DNA of 64,000 nucleotides from Phaeosaccion multiseriatum (Eukaryota; Protista; Ochrophyta, other classes). The notes beneath the pieces were generated by a model. It was not told the origin of the DNA and searched no databases. It saw only the letters and a list, made by a program, of their open reading frames with translations. This document shows, one piece after another, positions 1 through 11,937 of this stretch; position 1 is the first letter of the stretch, and each line of letters opens with the position of its first letter. The stretch spans positions 5,518,001 through 5,582,000 of the forward strand of contig OZ218953.1 in assembly GCA_965112735.1 (NCBI GenBank). The letters run 5' to 3'. The position numbers and the translations under genes were made by a program.

Positions 1-3000
1 CCTAGACTGGCCTAGACTGGCCTAGACTGGCCTAGACTGGCCTAGACTGGCCTAGACTGGCCTAGACTGGCCTAGACTGGCCTAGACTGGCCTAGACTGG
101 CCTAGACTGGCCTAGACTGGCCTAGACCGGCCTAGACCGGCCTAGACTGGCCTAGACCGGCCTAGACTGGCCTAGACTGGCCTAGACTGGCCTAGACCGG
201 CCTAGACTGGCCTAGACTGGCCTAGACTGGCCTAGACTGGCCTAGACTGGCCTAGACTGGCCTAGACTGGCCTAGACTGGCCTAGACTGGCCTAGACTGG
301 CCTGGCCTAGACTGGCCTAGACTGGCCTAGACTGGCCTAGACTGGCCTAGACTGGCCTAGACTGGCCTAGACTGGCCTAGACTGGCCTAGACCGGCCTAG
401 ACCGGCCTAGACCGGCCTAGATTGAGCCTAGACTGGCCTAGACTGGCCTAGACCGGCCTAGACCGGCCTAGACCGGCCTAGACTGGCCTAGACTGGCCTA
501 GACCGGCCTAGACTGGCCTAGACCGGCCTAGACCGGCCTAGACTGGCCTAGGCTGACTGGCCTAGACTGGCCTAGACTGGCCTAGACCGGCCTAGACTGG
601 CCTAGACTGGCCTAGACCGGCCTAGACTGGCCTAGACTGGCCTAGACCGGCCTAGACTGGCCTAGACCGGCCTAGACTGGCCTAGACTGGCCTAGACTGG
701 CCTAGACTGGCCTAGACTGGCCTAGACTGGCCTAGACCGGCCTAGACTGGCCTAGACCGGCCTAGACTGGCCTAGACTGGCCTAGACTGGCCTAGACTGG
801 CCTAGACTGGCCTAGACCGGCCTAGACTGGCCTAGACGGGCCTAGACTGACTGGCCTAGACCGGCCTAGGCTGGCCTACACCGGCCTAGACCGGCCTAGA
901 CTGGCCTAGACCGGCCTAGACCGGCCTAGACTGGCCTAGACTGGCCTAGACTGGCCTAGACTGGCCTAGACTGGCCTAGACTGGCCTAGACCGGCCTAGA
1001 CCGGCCTAGACTGGCCTAGACTGGCCTAGACTGGCCTAGACTGGCCTAGACTGGCCTAGACTGGCCTAGACTGGCCTAGACTGGCCTAGACTGGCCTAGA
1101 CTGGCCTAGACTGGCCTAGACTGGCCTAGACTGGCCTAGACCGGCCTAGACTGGCCTAGACTGGCCTAGACTGGCCTAGACCGGCCTAGACTGGCCTAGA
1201 CTGGCCTAGACTGGCCTAGACCGGCCTAGACTGGCCTAGACTGGCCTAGACTGGCCTAGACTGGCCTAGACGGGCCTAGACTGGACTAGACCGGCCTAGA
1301 CTGGCCTCGACTGGACTAGACTGGCCTAGACCGGCCTAGACTGGCCTAGACTGGCCTAGACCGGCCTAGACTGGCCTCGACTGGCCTAGGCTGGCCTAGA
1401 CTGGCCTAGACCGGCCTAGACTGGCCTAGACTGGCCTAGACTGGCCTAGACTGGCCTAGACTGGCCTAGACTGGCCTAGACTGGCCTAGACTGGCCTAGA
1501 CTGGCCTAGACTGGCCTAGACTGGCCTAGACTGGCCTAGACTGGCCTAGACCGGCCTAGACCGGCCTAGACTGGCCTAGACTGGCCTAGACTGGCCTAGA
1601 CTGGCCTAGACTGGCCTAGACTGGCCTAGACTGGCCTAGACCGGCCTAGACTGGCCTAGACTGGCCTAGACTGACTGGCCTAGACTGGCCTAGACTGGCC
1701 TAGACTGGCCTAGACCGGCCTAGACTGGCCTAGACTGGCCTAGACTGGCCTAGACCGGCCTAGACTGGCCTAGACTGGCCTAGACTGGCCTAGACTGGCC
1801 TAGACTGGCCTAGACTGGCCTAGACCGGCCTAGACTGGCCTAGACTGGCCTAGACTGACTGGCCTAGACTGGCCTAGACTGGCCTAGACTGGCCTAGACC
1901 GGCCTAGACTGGCCTAGACTGGCCTACACTGGCCTAGACCGGCCTAGACTGGCCTAGACTGGCCTAGACTGGCCTAGACTGGCCTAGACCGGCCTAGACT
2001 GGCCTAGACTGGCCTAGACTGGCCTAGACTGGCCTAGACTGGCCTAGACTGGCCTAGACCGGCCTAGACCGGCCTAGACTGGCCTAGACTGGCCTAGGCT
2101 GACTGGCCTAGACCGGCCTAGACTGGCCTAGACTGGCCTAGACTGGCCTAAACTGGCCTAGACTGGCCTAGACTGGCCTAGACGGGCCTAGACTTGCCTA
2201 GACCGGCCTAGACTGAGCTAGACCGGCCTAGACTGGCCTAGACCGGCCTAGACCGGCCTAGACCGGCCTAGATTGAGCCTAGACTGGCCTAGACCGGCCT
2301 AGACTGGCCTAGACCGGCCTAGACCGGCCTAGACTGGCCTAGGCTGACTGGCCTAGACTGGCCTAGACTGGCCTAGACCGGCCTAGACTGGCCTAGACCG
2401 GCCTAGACTGGCCTAGGCTGGCCTAGACTGGCCTAGACCGGCCTAGACCGGCCTAAACTGGCCTAGACTGGCCTAGACTGGCCTAGACGGGCCTAGACTG
2501 GCCTAGACCGGCCTAGACTGAGCTAGACCGGCCTAGACTGGCCTAGACCGGCCTAGACCGGCCTAGACCGGCCTAGATTGAGCCTAGACTGGCCTAGACC
2601 GGCCTAGACTGGCCTAGACCGGCCTAGACCGGCCTAGACTGGCCTAGGCTGACTGGCCTAGACTGGCCTAGACTGGCCTAGACCGGCCTAGACTGGCCTA
2701 GGCTGGCCTAGACTGGCCTAGACTGGCCTAGACTGGCCTAGACCGGCCTAGACCGGCCTAGACTGGCCTAGACTGGCCTAGACTGGCCTAGACCGGCCTA
2801 GACCGGCCTAGACTGGCCTAGACTGGCCTAGACTGGCCTAGACCGGCCTAGACCGGCCTAGACTGGCCTAGACCGGCCTAGACCGGCCTAGACTGGCCTA
2901 GACTGGCCTAGGCTGACTGGCCTAGACCGGCCTAGACTGGCCTAGACTGGCCTAGACTGGCCTAGACTGGCCTAGACTGGCCTAGACTGGCCTAGACTGG

Positions 3001-5520
3001 CCTAGACTGGCCTAGACCGGCCTAGACTGAGCTAGACCGGCCTAGACTGGCCTAGACCGGCCTAGACCGGCCTAGACCGGCCTAGATTGAGCCTAGACTG
3101 GCCTAGACCGGCCTAGACTGGCCTAGACCGGCCTAGACCGGCCTAGACTGGCCTAGGCCTAGACTGGCCTAGACTGGCCTAGACTGGCCTAGACCGGCCT
3201 AGACTGGCCTAGGCTGGCCTAGACTGGCCTAGACTGGCCTAGACTGGCCTAGACCGGCCTAGACCGGCCTAGACTGGCCTAGACTGGCCTAGACTGGCCT
3301 AGACCGGCCTAGACCGGCCTAGGCTGGCCTAGACTGGCCTAGACCGGCCTAGACTGGCCTAAACCGGCCTAGACTGGCCTAGACTGGCCTAGACTGGCCT
3401 AGACTGGCCTAGACTGGCCTACACTGGCCTAGACTGGCCTAGACCGGCCTAGACTGGCCTAGACTGGCCTAGACTGGCCTAGACCGGCCTAGACCGGCCT
3501 AGACTGGCCTAGACTGGCCTAGACCGGCCTAGACCGGCCTAGACTGGCCTAGACTGGCCTAGACCGGCCTAGACTGAGCTAGACCGGCCTAGACTGGCCT
3601 AGACCGGCCTAGACTGGCCTAGACCGGCCTAGACTGGCCTAGGCTGACTGGCCTAGACTGGCCTAGACTGGCCTAGACGGCCTACACTGGCCTAGACCGG
3701 CCTAGACTGGCCTAGACTGGCCTAGACTGGCCTAGACCGGCCTAGGCTGGCCTAGACTGGCCTAGACTGGCCTAGACCGGCCTAGACTGGCCTAGACCGG
3801 CCTAGACCGGCCTAGACCGGCCTAGATTGAGCCTAGACTGGCCTAGACCGGCCTAGACTGGCCTAGACCGGCCTAGACTGGCCTAGACTGGCCTAGACCG
3901 GCCTAGACCGGCCTAGACTGGCCTAGGCTGACTGGCCTAGACTGGCCTAGACTGGCCTAGACCGGCCTAGACTGGCCTAGGCTGGCCTAGACTGGCCTAG
4001 ACTGGCCTAGACTGGCCTAGACCGGCCTAGACCGGCCTAGACTGGCCTAGACTGGCCTAGACTGGCCTAGACCGGCCTAGACTGGCCTAGACTGGCCTAG
4101 ACCGGCCTAGACTGGCCTAGACCGGCCTAGACTGGCCTAGACTGGCCTAGACTGGCCTAAACTGGCCTAGACTGGCCTAGACTGGCCTAGACGGGCCTAG
4201 ACTGGCCTAGACCGGCCTAGACTGAGCTAGACCGGCCTAGACTGGCCTAGACCGGCCTAGACCGGCCTAGACCGGCCTAGATTGAGCCTAGACTGGCCTA
4301 GACCGGCCTAGACTGGCCTAGACCGGCCTAGACCGGCCTAGACTGGCCTAGGCTGACTGGCCTAGACTGGCCTAGACTGGCCTAGACCGGCCTAGACTGG
4401 CCTAGGCTGGCCTAGACTGGCCTAGACTGGCCTAGACTGGCCTAGACCGGCTTAGACCGGCCTAGACTGGCCTAGACTGGCCTAGACTGGCCTAGACCGG
4501 CCTAGACCGGCCTAGACTGGCCTAGACCGGCCTAGACCGGCCTAGACTGGCCTGGACTGGCCTAGGCTGACTGGCCTATACCGGCCTAGACTGGCCTAGA
4601 CTGGCCTAGACTGGCCTACACTGGCCTAGACTGGCCTAGACTGGCCTAGACTGGCCTAGACTGGCCTAGACCGGCCTAGACCGGCCTAGACTGGCCTAGA
4701 CTGGCCTAGACCGGCCTAGACTGAGCTAGACCGGCCTAGACTGGCCTAGACCGGCCTAGACTGGCCTAGACCGGCCTAGACTGGCCTAGGCTGACTGGCC
4801 TAGACTGGCCTAGACTGGCCTAGACGGCCTACACTGGCCTAGACCGGCCTAGACTGGCCTAGACTGGCCTAGACTGGCCTAGACCGGCCTAGGCTGGCCT
4901 AGACTGGCCTAGACTGGCCTAGACCGGCCTAGACTGGCCTAGACTGGCCTAGACTGGCCTAGACCGGCCTAGACTGGCCTAGACTGGCCTAGACCGGCCT
5001 AGACTGGCCTAGACCGGCCTAGACTGGCCTAGACTGGCCTAGACCGGCCTAGACTGGCCTAAACCGGCCTAGACTGGCCTAGACTGGCCTAGACTGGCCT
5101 AGACTGGCCTAGACTGGCCTAGACTGGCCTAGACTGGCCTAGACTGGCCTAGACCGGCCTAGACTGGCCTAGACTGGCCTAGACTGGCCTAGACCGGCCT
5201 AGACCGGCCTAGACTGGCCTAGACTGGCCTAGACTGGACTAGACTGGCCTAGACCGGCCTAGACTGGCCTAGACTGGCCTAGACCGGCCTAGACTGGCCT
5301 AGACTGGCCTAGACTGACTGGCCTAGACTGGCCTAGACTGGCCTAGACTGGCCTAGACCGGCCTAGACTGGCCTAGACTGGCCTAGACTGGCCTAGACCG
5401 GCCTAGACTGGCCTAGACTGGCCTAGACTGGCCTAGACCGGCCTAGACTGGCCTAGACTGGCCTAGACTGGCCTAGACCGGCCTAGACTGGCCTCGACTG
5501 GACTAGACTGGTCTAGAGTG
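1..5520. repeat. ~5.5 kb tandem array of the 10-bp unit CCTAGACTGG (major variant CCTAGACCGG); candidate non-canonical telomere or satellite
   Basis: Read directly from the sequence. The array runs from base 1 and decays over ~5495-5531 (cctcgactgg actagactgg tctagagtgg actcgagtgg) into unique sequence. The repeat itself is certain; its role is not. Confidence 0.99.
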
Positions 5521-5642
5521 GACTCGAGTGGCACCACACCGAAGCCGCACTGGAGCAGCACTGGCGCTCTCCGAAGAAGAAGTCACACCACAGAAGGTAC
5601 CACAGAACACAAGGGAATGACTTTGGAGAGAAAGAACGTGCC

Positions 5643-8600
5643 TCAACCCCCCCCCTCTGTAACGCTCACCCGGAGGCGTCCTTGCGCGTCTTCCTTCTCG
5701 CGCCGAAACCTGGCCAGTTCCGCCTCCCGGAGGGCCTGCTTCTGCTCCCTTGGGGTGTGGAAGGAAGTGGACTCGGTTCCCTGTCCCTGGCCCCACTCCG
5801 CAAAGCTCGACGCCACCCCGCCCATCTCGTGGGCGCGTGCGACGGCCTCTTGCCGCTCTCGTAGGCTCTCTGCGGCTCTGAGCTCGCACTCCCTCCGCTT
5901 GATGGCCTTCTCCAAAGCGGCGATGTCTCGCTCCACCTCGAGCTCCGCCGCGGTCTTGTTGGGCCCTGTGCTCTTCTGCGGCGGTTGGTGATACAGCGAT
6001 TGCTGCTGTTGCTTGCGGTACTTCCGCCTCCTCTCGCGGCTGCGCTTCATGAGATTGGACCCCCCCCACAGCAAGAAGCTGTTGCCCCTGCCTCGGGGAG
6101 TGATGTCGACGGTGTTGGGTCCGCCCCGTCCTTCCTCACCGCCCCCCCCCCCAGCGCCGAAAGTGCTCTCCTCTGTACCACCACCCTGCAGACCTCCCCC
6201 TCCTCCTCCCTCTCTCTTTCCCCCTCCCTCTCCCCCTCGCTCTCCCTCTCCTCCTCCCTCCCCGTCCCCCTCCTCCTCCCCCCCCCCTTCTTCCTCTGCC
6301 TCCGCCTCTATGCCCCTGAGCGTGGCCGACCTCAGCAGCCTGTCCTTTCCCTCCCCGGGCTCTGCGTGCCCAACGTGCTGCAGCAGCCGAGTGAGCAAGG
6401 CCATCTTGCTCCTCTCCTGTGAGGTGAGATCGCCCCTCACGGCTGCCCCCCACCGCGAGGGTAACGCACTCATCTGCACGAGTCGGCGCTCCACTCCCGT
6501 GGGGTCCAATAGACGCAAGTCTCGAGCAGGCACTCGGGCCAAGTAGCAGGGCATCCTCTTCTTGTTGCTGTTGCTCGGCCCTGCTGTCTGAGCGGTGGTC
6601 TGAGCTGCCCAGCTCTGTCGCTCCTCCTCCCCCTCCCCCGCCCACGCAGAGGAGTGAGCTTCTCCCCTCTGCGGCTCTCCCCTCTGTGGCTTGGAGTCAA
6701 GCAACACTTGCCAGGTGCCGTCTCCGTTGCTCCTCACAACAGACCCCACTGCCCACCGCAAGGGAGGAGGTGTGTCCGACGCCGCCCCTCCCCTACCCAC
6801 TAAAGGTCGTGCTTCCCCTGCCCCTGCCCGTCCCCCTACCCTTGCCGCTGCCGCTGCCGCTGCCGTTGCCGCCCTTGCAAGTCCTGCCTGCGCTTGTGCC
6901 TGTGCTGCCGCTCCGACGCCTCCACGAGAATGGCCCTGCCCCTGTGTGTGCGTGCGGCCGTGAGGCTGTATGCGGCCTGTTCCTTTCCCCAGCATTGCGA
7001 CCACGCTTGAGCCGGCCCTCTCTGTCTCTGCCTCGGCCGCCGCTGCTGCCGCCGCTGCCTCTGCTGCTGCCTCCTCCGCCGCTGCTGCATCAGCCTCGAG
7101 CTGACTTGCCACAACCACCGACACCGGGGACGGCCCCCACTCAGACCAGTCCTTCCCGCCCACTCTGTGCCCCTTGTTGTGTTCCTTTCGCAGTGTGACG
7201 AGCACGTAGACACGCTGCCCCGCCGCGTAGCCCGAGCCTGGAGGTCGAAGCAAACTCTGCGCCTCCCCCTTCCTCCCCGAAGCAGCGGCTCTCTGCAACA
7301 TACCCAAGGTGTAGAGCGGCGCCGCGCACGCACGCACAAAGCCCCACGATCCCGCATTTCTAAAGCTTGTCCTCGCCCTCGCGATGGCCCCCTGCTCCTT
7401 GCTGCCCACCCCATTGGCATTGGTGATGCATGTGGTGGCGCGCAGAGCCTCGTCGTGGTCGCGCTGCTGCTGGCGAGACTGTCGCACAATCTCGGGGGAG
7501 ACCCTCCAAGTGGCGAGGAGGAGGAGGAGCGCCCTCGTCCTCGCCTCTTGCAGATTGGCAAAGGTGATGGCGATGAGGCCGCTTGCGCCGCTCTCCTCGT
7601 GGAAGCTGGACACGTCCAGCGCAGCGACAGATGGGGCCGTTGGTGATACAGCCGCAGGCCCGTCGGGCGGCTGGAGCTGCAGCGGCCACTGGACGGGCTC
7701 CATATTGACCACGCCCTCCTGCACCAAGGCGGCGACGCTGTTCACCCTAAGAAGCTCTTCGTCTGGCACCTCTCTGCCTCCTCCCCCGTCTCCTCCTCCT
7801 CCTGCTCCTCCTCCCTCATCTCCTTCCCTCCTCGTGGACCCTCCTGCTCTCTGCTGCACCCTCGTGCCCAGCCCTTCCCATACCCAGTGGGGCAGTGCGG
7901 CTCGGCGAGGGGGAGGAGGAGGAGGAGGCCCTCGGCGGCTTGCTGCGCCGTCTTCCTCCTCCTCCTCCTCCTCCTCCTCCTCGCTACTCCGGCTGCCACT
8001 GCTACACAGTACCACCCCCCCTTCCCGACTGAAGCCGAACACAGGCCCGCTCTTCTTGTCGCTAAATCGGACCTGCCTCAGATAGCTGCTCTCCGCTGTC
8101 TCGTCCGTGCCCTTCCTCTGCTGCCCCTGCCCCTGACCCTGCCCCTGCCCTCCCCCTGTGGCCCTCTCCCACAGGCTCCTGGAGGTGAGCAGCGTGTACA
8201 CCTCCATCTCCATGTAGAGGGTGGGTTGTTGCAAGCCGCTGAGCTCCTGCTTGAGGGCCCACACATGCCGCCAGAAGAAGAGCTGACGCCCCAGACCCAA
8301 CAAATGGGTCCTCGCCCACCGCTGCAGACACACCACGGCTCTGACCAGGCACACGCAGCGCACCAACGTGGGCACAAGCTTCCTCCTCTCTCTGTCCCCT
8401 CTCCACCAGGCTTGGATGCGCGTGGTGGCGGCGAGGCGATAGACATGGTACTGGAGCATCACCGGCACCCCTCGGGTTCGGAGCCGCCACCACATGTAGG
8501 CGAGTCTCTTCTCATCGTTGCCGCAGTCCACCACGAGAAGGCCCTCGCTATCGCCATCGCTATGGCTTTCGCCGGCTTGTTCGCTGCCTTCTTCCGGCCC

Positions 8601-10188
8601 ACCCCCTTCCCTGCCACTGTCCACGCTGCAGCTCCCCCTCCTCTTTACTCTCTCCCCCCCCCAACCGCTCTGCAGCACGCCATTGGCGAGGCTCGTCCAC
8701 TCCTGTACCTTCTTCCTCTGCGAGGCCTCTCCCAAGGGCCGCCGCCGGAGCCTGCACCTTTTCAAGGCGGGGTCGCGCCACAGGCCCCCTCCCGTCAGTC
8801 CCCCACGAGTCAGGGAGGGAGGAACGTTCCGTTGAATGCCTTGCGAAGGAAGCCCTTCTCCCCCTTCTCCTCCTCCTCCTCCTCCTCCTCCTCCTCCTCC
8901 TCCTCCTCCTCCTCCTCCTCCTCCTCCCTCTCCTTCCCCACCCGCAGCGACAGAGGGCACTCCTTGAGGCCTGGCCAGCCCCTCTCTCCCCCTCCCACTC
9001 CCACACAAAAAGAAGATGCCATCCGTTGTCTGATCCGCCCCTTCGATGCAGGGCCATCCCTGCAGAGAGGCCCGCGTGGCTGGTACCAGTTGTCTACACT
9101 CCGAAAAGGGCCTGGCCACATCCCACACCGACTCACTGCGTCTCCTCCCCTTCTCCTTTCCCTTCCCCTGCCGCTGCTTCGAGCCCTTCTGTCCTTTCTT
9201 CTCCCCGCCCCCGCCGTCTCCACTCCTCTGAAAGAAGGTGCTGGTCAGCACGGTCTGGAATCGAGCCGGCACCACAAGTCTGCGCAGACTGGGCCTTCCC
9301 CTCCCACCTCCCCCCGCCCCTCCCACCCCCTCGCCCCCGTTGAGAGCGGCCACGAGGCGCACGAAAGCTCTCCACCTTGTTGCAATGCCGCGGTACCACT
9401 CCAGAATGAAGGCCGCACTCCGGGCCTTGAACTTACCGCGCAAGTAGCGCCTCACCCTTCTTTGGAAGCACATGAGACTCCAGGCTCTGTCCACCGCGAG
9501 CTGCCAAGGTGCGTTACCCCCCACCACTTCAAGCTGCCCCCGGAAGCGCAGAACGTCCACCAAACGACGCCACATCCTTCGCCGCAGGAGGAAGCGCCTT
9601 GCCTGGGCCTGTATCTTGACAACCGCGGCTCTGCACTTGCTGAAGATGAGCCATCGCCTCAGAGAGCGCTGGATGCGCACTACGGGGCTACGGGAGGAGC
9701 GCAGGTGCGAGAGGAAGAGGAGCACGCTTTTGAGGCCGTGGATGGCCTCCATCTCGTCGTCAATTTGCTCCCCGAAGCCGAGGGGGGCCACCGCCACGCC
9801 TACGGGAAGGTCCTTTGCGGCTGTTGCCGTCTTACCGCCTGTTCCTGCTACTCCTGTTGCTGCTGCTCCGCCACCGAGTACTCCTTTGGCTTCAGCTGCC
9901 GCCGTCTCTCCCCGCGCCGCGGTGGTGTCTCCCTTCCCCACAGGGGTCATCTGTAGCGCGCTGAGGCCTCCCTGCTGCTGCACCTGCATACGCTCCTCCT
10001 CCTCCTGCTGCTGTTGCGCCTGCTCCTGCTGCCGCTTCAGCTGGAGCTTCTGCTGTAGTTGCTGGACGAGGAGGTGCGGCTGTCTTGGCTTGGTGATGCC
10101 TGCCCGTATGTCAGCTACGATCCGCAGGCGATTGCCTTCGGACCCTAGCGCGGGGACTTGTCGAAACTCGGCACCTTCGATGAGCTCC

Positions 10189-10264
<76 letters not shown>

Positions 10265-11792
10265 TGTGCGTGTGTGTGTGTGCGCGTGTGTGTGTGTGTT
10301 ACGATAAGGCGCTCTGTAGCTCTCTCCCTCTGCCCGCCACAAGAGCCACCACGCCACGCCAAGCCAACCCAACCCCAGCCAGCGTATGCCCGACTGAAGA
10401 ACCACCTTGCCAAGCCGAGCACACGCCTCACCTCGTCGGAGACCATGTAACGGTCGAGAGTGTTGAGCGCCCGACACGCGTTGACGACGAACTGCCTGTA
10501 GAGGCGCCTCTTGGTGACAGGGTTGCCGTGCATGGTGAGGTACGCAAGCTTAGGGGCGGCAGCAAGGTGCTCTACCGTACGCCAGTCGGACAGATCGTTG
10601 TCGTGAAGAAGCAGAATCTGAGAGAGAAGAGGGGGAGGGGAATGTGGGCCCTAGCATACCCTCGAGGGGGGGGGGGGGGGGGAGGGGGGCGACGCGCGCA
10701 TGTCGCTCACCTGCAGCGATTTCATGCTTTCCCAGAAGACCGCTCCAACGAGGCTGTCAATGTAGTTCTTGGACACATCCAGATGCACCAGCTGTTGGTT
10801 GTTCAGAGGGGAACGGGCATGTATGTATGAGAACATGAGAACCACACCACACAAGCTTCCTATTGTGGAAGAACAGAAGGGTACATGCTGAGGCCTGTAC
10901 GTATGCAGCTTCACCTTGGAGAGAAAGAAAAGGCAAAAGAGGGTGTCTGGCCGCAAAAAGGATCTTATCGACCAACCTGACAGGCGGACGTCACGCAGAG
11001 GTCGGCCAGAGGCTGCAGTGAGGTCAGCCCGTTGTCGCTCAGCTGCAGCACCTGGAGGCGCTGGAAGCAGGCCGGGCTGCAGAAGCGGTCCACGTCCCCC
11101 CAGTTGGCGATCCCGCAGTCCGACAAGTCCAGCCACAGGAACCCTACCAGTGCATGCTGTTCCTGCTTTCTCACTCTTTCTGACGGCGTGATGCTCAGCA
11201 CGTCATCTTCGTCCTGCTCTGTCCATGCCTCGCCCTGCTGTCGGCTTCGCATCTCCTCTGCTCTTCCTCTCCGCCGGTCTCTCGCACTGTCCCTCGCAGT
11301 CCCGTCCCCGAGCTCATCGATTGCACCTTCCTCATCATCCTCATGCTCCGTTCTTCTTCCTCTTCGCCTCAGGGTCCTGCCGTACTCCACAGCTCGATGA
11401 GTCGAGCTGGCATTCGCCCTCGCCGCAGGTAGGCACATGTGCGAGGATGTCGCGCTAAGAGCAATGTCCTCGGGTCTCGAGGTGGATCCATACAGAACAG
11501 GCGTAGAGGGTCTCGCCGGGTAGCGTTGGGTGTCGAGTTGCAGAAGGGAGACAATGCCACTGCTGGTCGCACGCGTGAGTGCCCTCTCCTGCTCTTGTGG
11601 AGACTGCTCGAGAACATGCTCGCTACCGCTGATCACGACTGCTACTGGTGGGGGAAGAGAAATCATCCCAGCCCATGGGCACGAGGAGAGGTCGATAGGT
11701 GTGTATGGCATTCGAAACGATTTCTGGCTGGATGACCAACACCTGCACGTGCACGCTGTGACCACGGGCCGCCGGACTGGGGAAGGAGCCAT
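5643..11792 (-). CDS. Leucine-rich repeat + IQ-motif protein, LRRIQ3-like; 3' end uncertain or truncated
   Basis: Exons spliced by eye: ~11792-10977, 10791-10711, 10617-10432, 10187-5670/5643. They give LRRs (LDLSDCGI, LQLSDNGL, LDVSKNYI, LLLHDNDL), an LRR-cap-like GNPVTKRRLYRQFVVNACRALNTLDRYMVSDEELI and IQ motifs (IQRSLRRWL, IQAQARRFL, IQAWWRG). The start codon is uncertain. Confidence 0.75.
10192..10298. repeat. (TG)n/(CA)n microsatellite abutting a splice acceptor
   Basis: Seen directly. On the - strand it reads (CA)n-CGCAG|GAG, with the exon starting at 10187. Confidence 0.97.
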
Positions 11793-11937
11793 TTCTTTTC
11801 TTTCTCTCCTACCTCTCAACCCCAGTGCACCTCCTTATTAATACGAGTCCGCGCAGGGTCACTCGCAGTCGCAGCAGCAAGGAACATGCAGTGCACAGGT
11901 GTATAGAAGGAGTGGGTAGTCTCGAGGAAGGTTCAGG

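Noticed and set aside
1-5520. CRISPR array or coding repeat
   Set aside because: There are no unique spacers and the context is eukaryotic. The 10-bp period places TAG stops in all frames on both strands.
8867-8927. Poly-Gly, poly-Gln and poly-Glu tracts in several proteins
   Set aside because: A pervasive trinucleotide-slippage trait across this window, not locus-specific.
7887-9956. 689-aa + strand ORF and many other long overlapping ORFs (e.g. 9472-10830, 24106-25179, 26124-27134, 27495-28580)
   Set aside because: These are antisense or off-frame shadows of real GC-rich genes, or read-through of intronic microsatellites. They show no recognisable domains.
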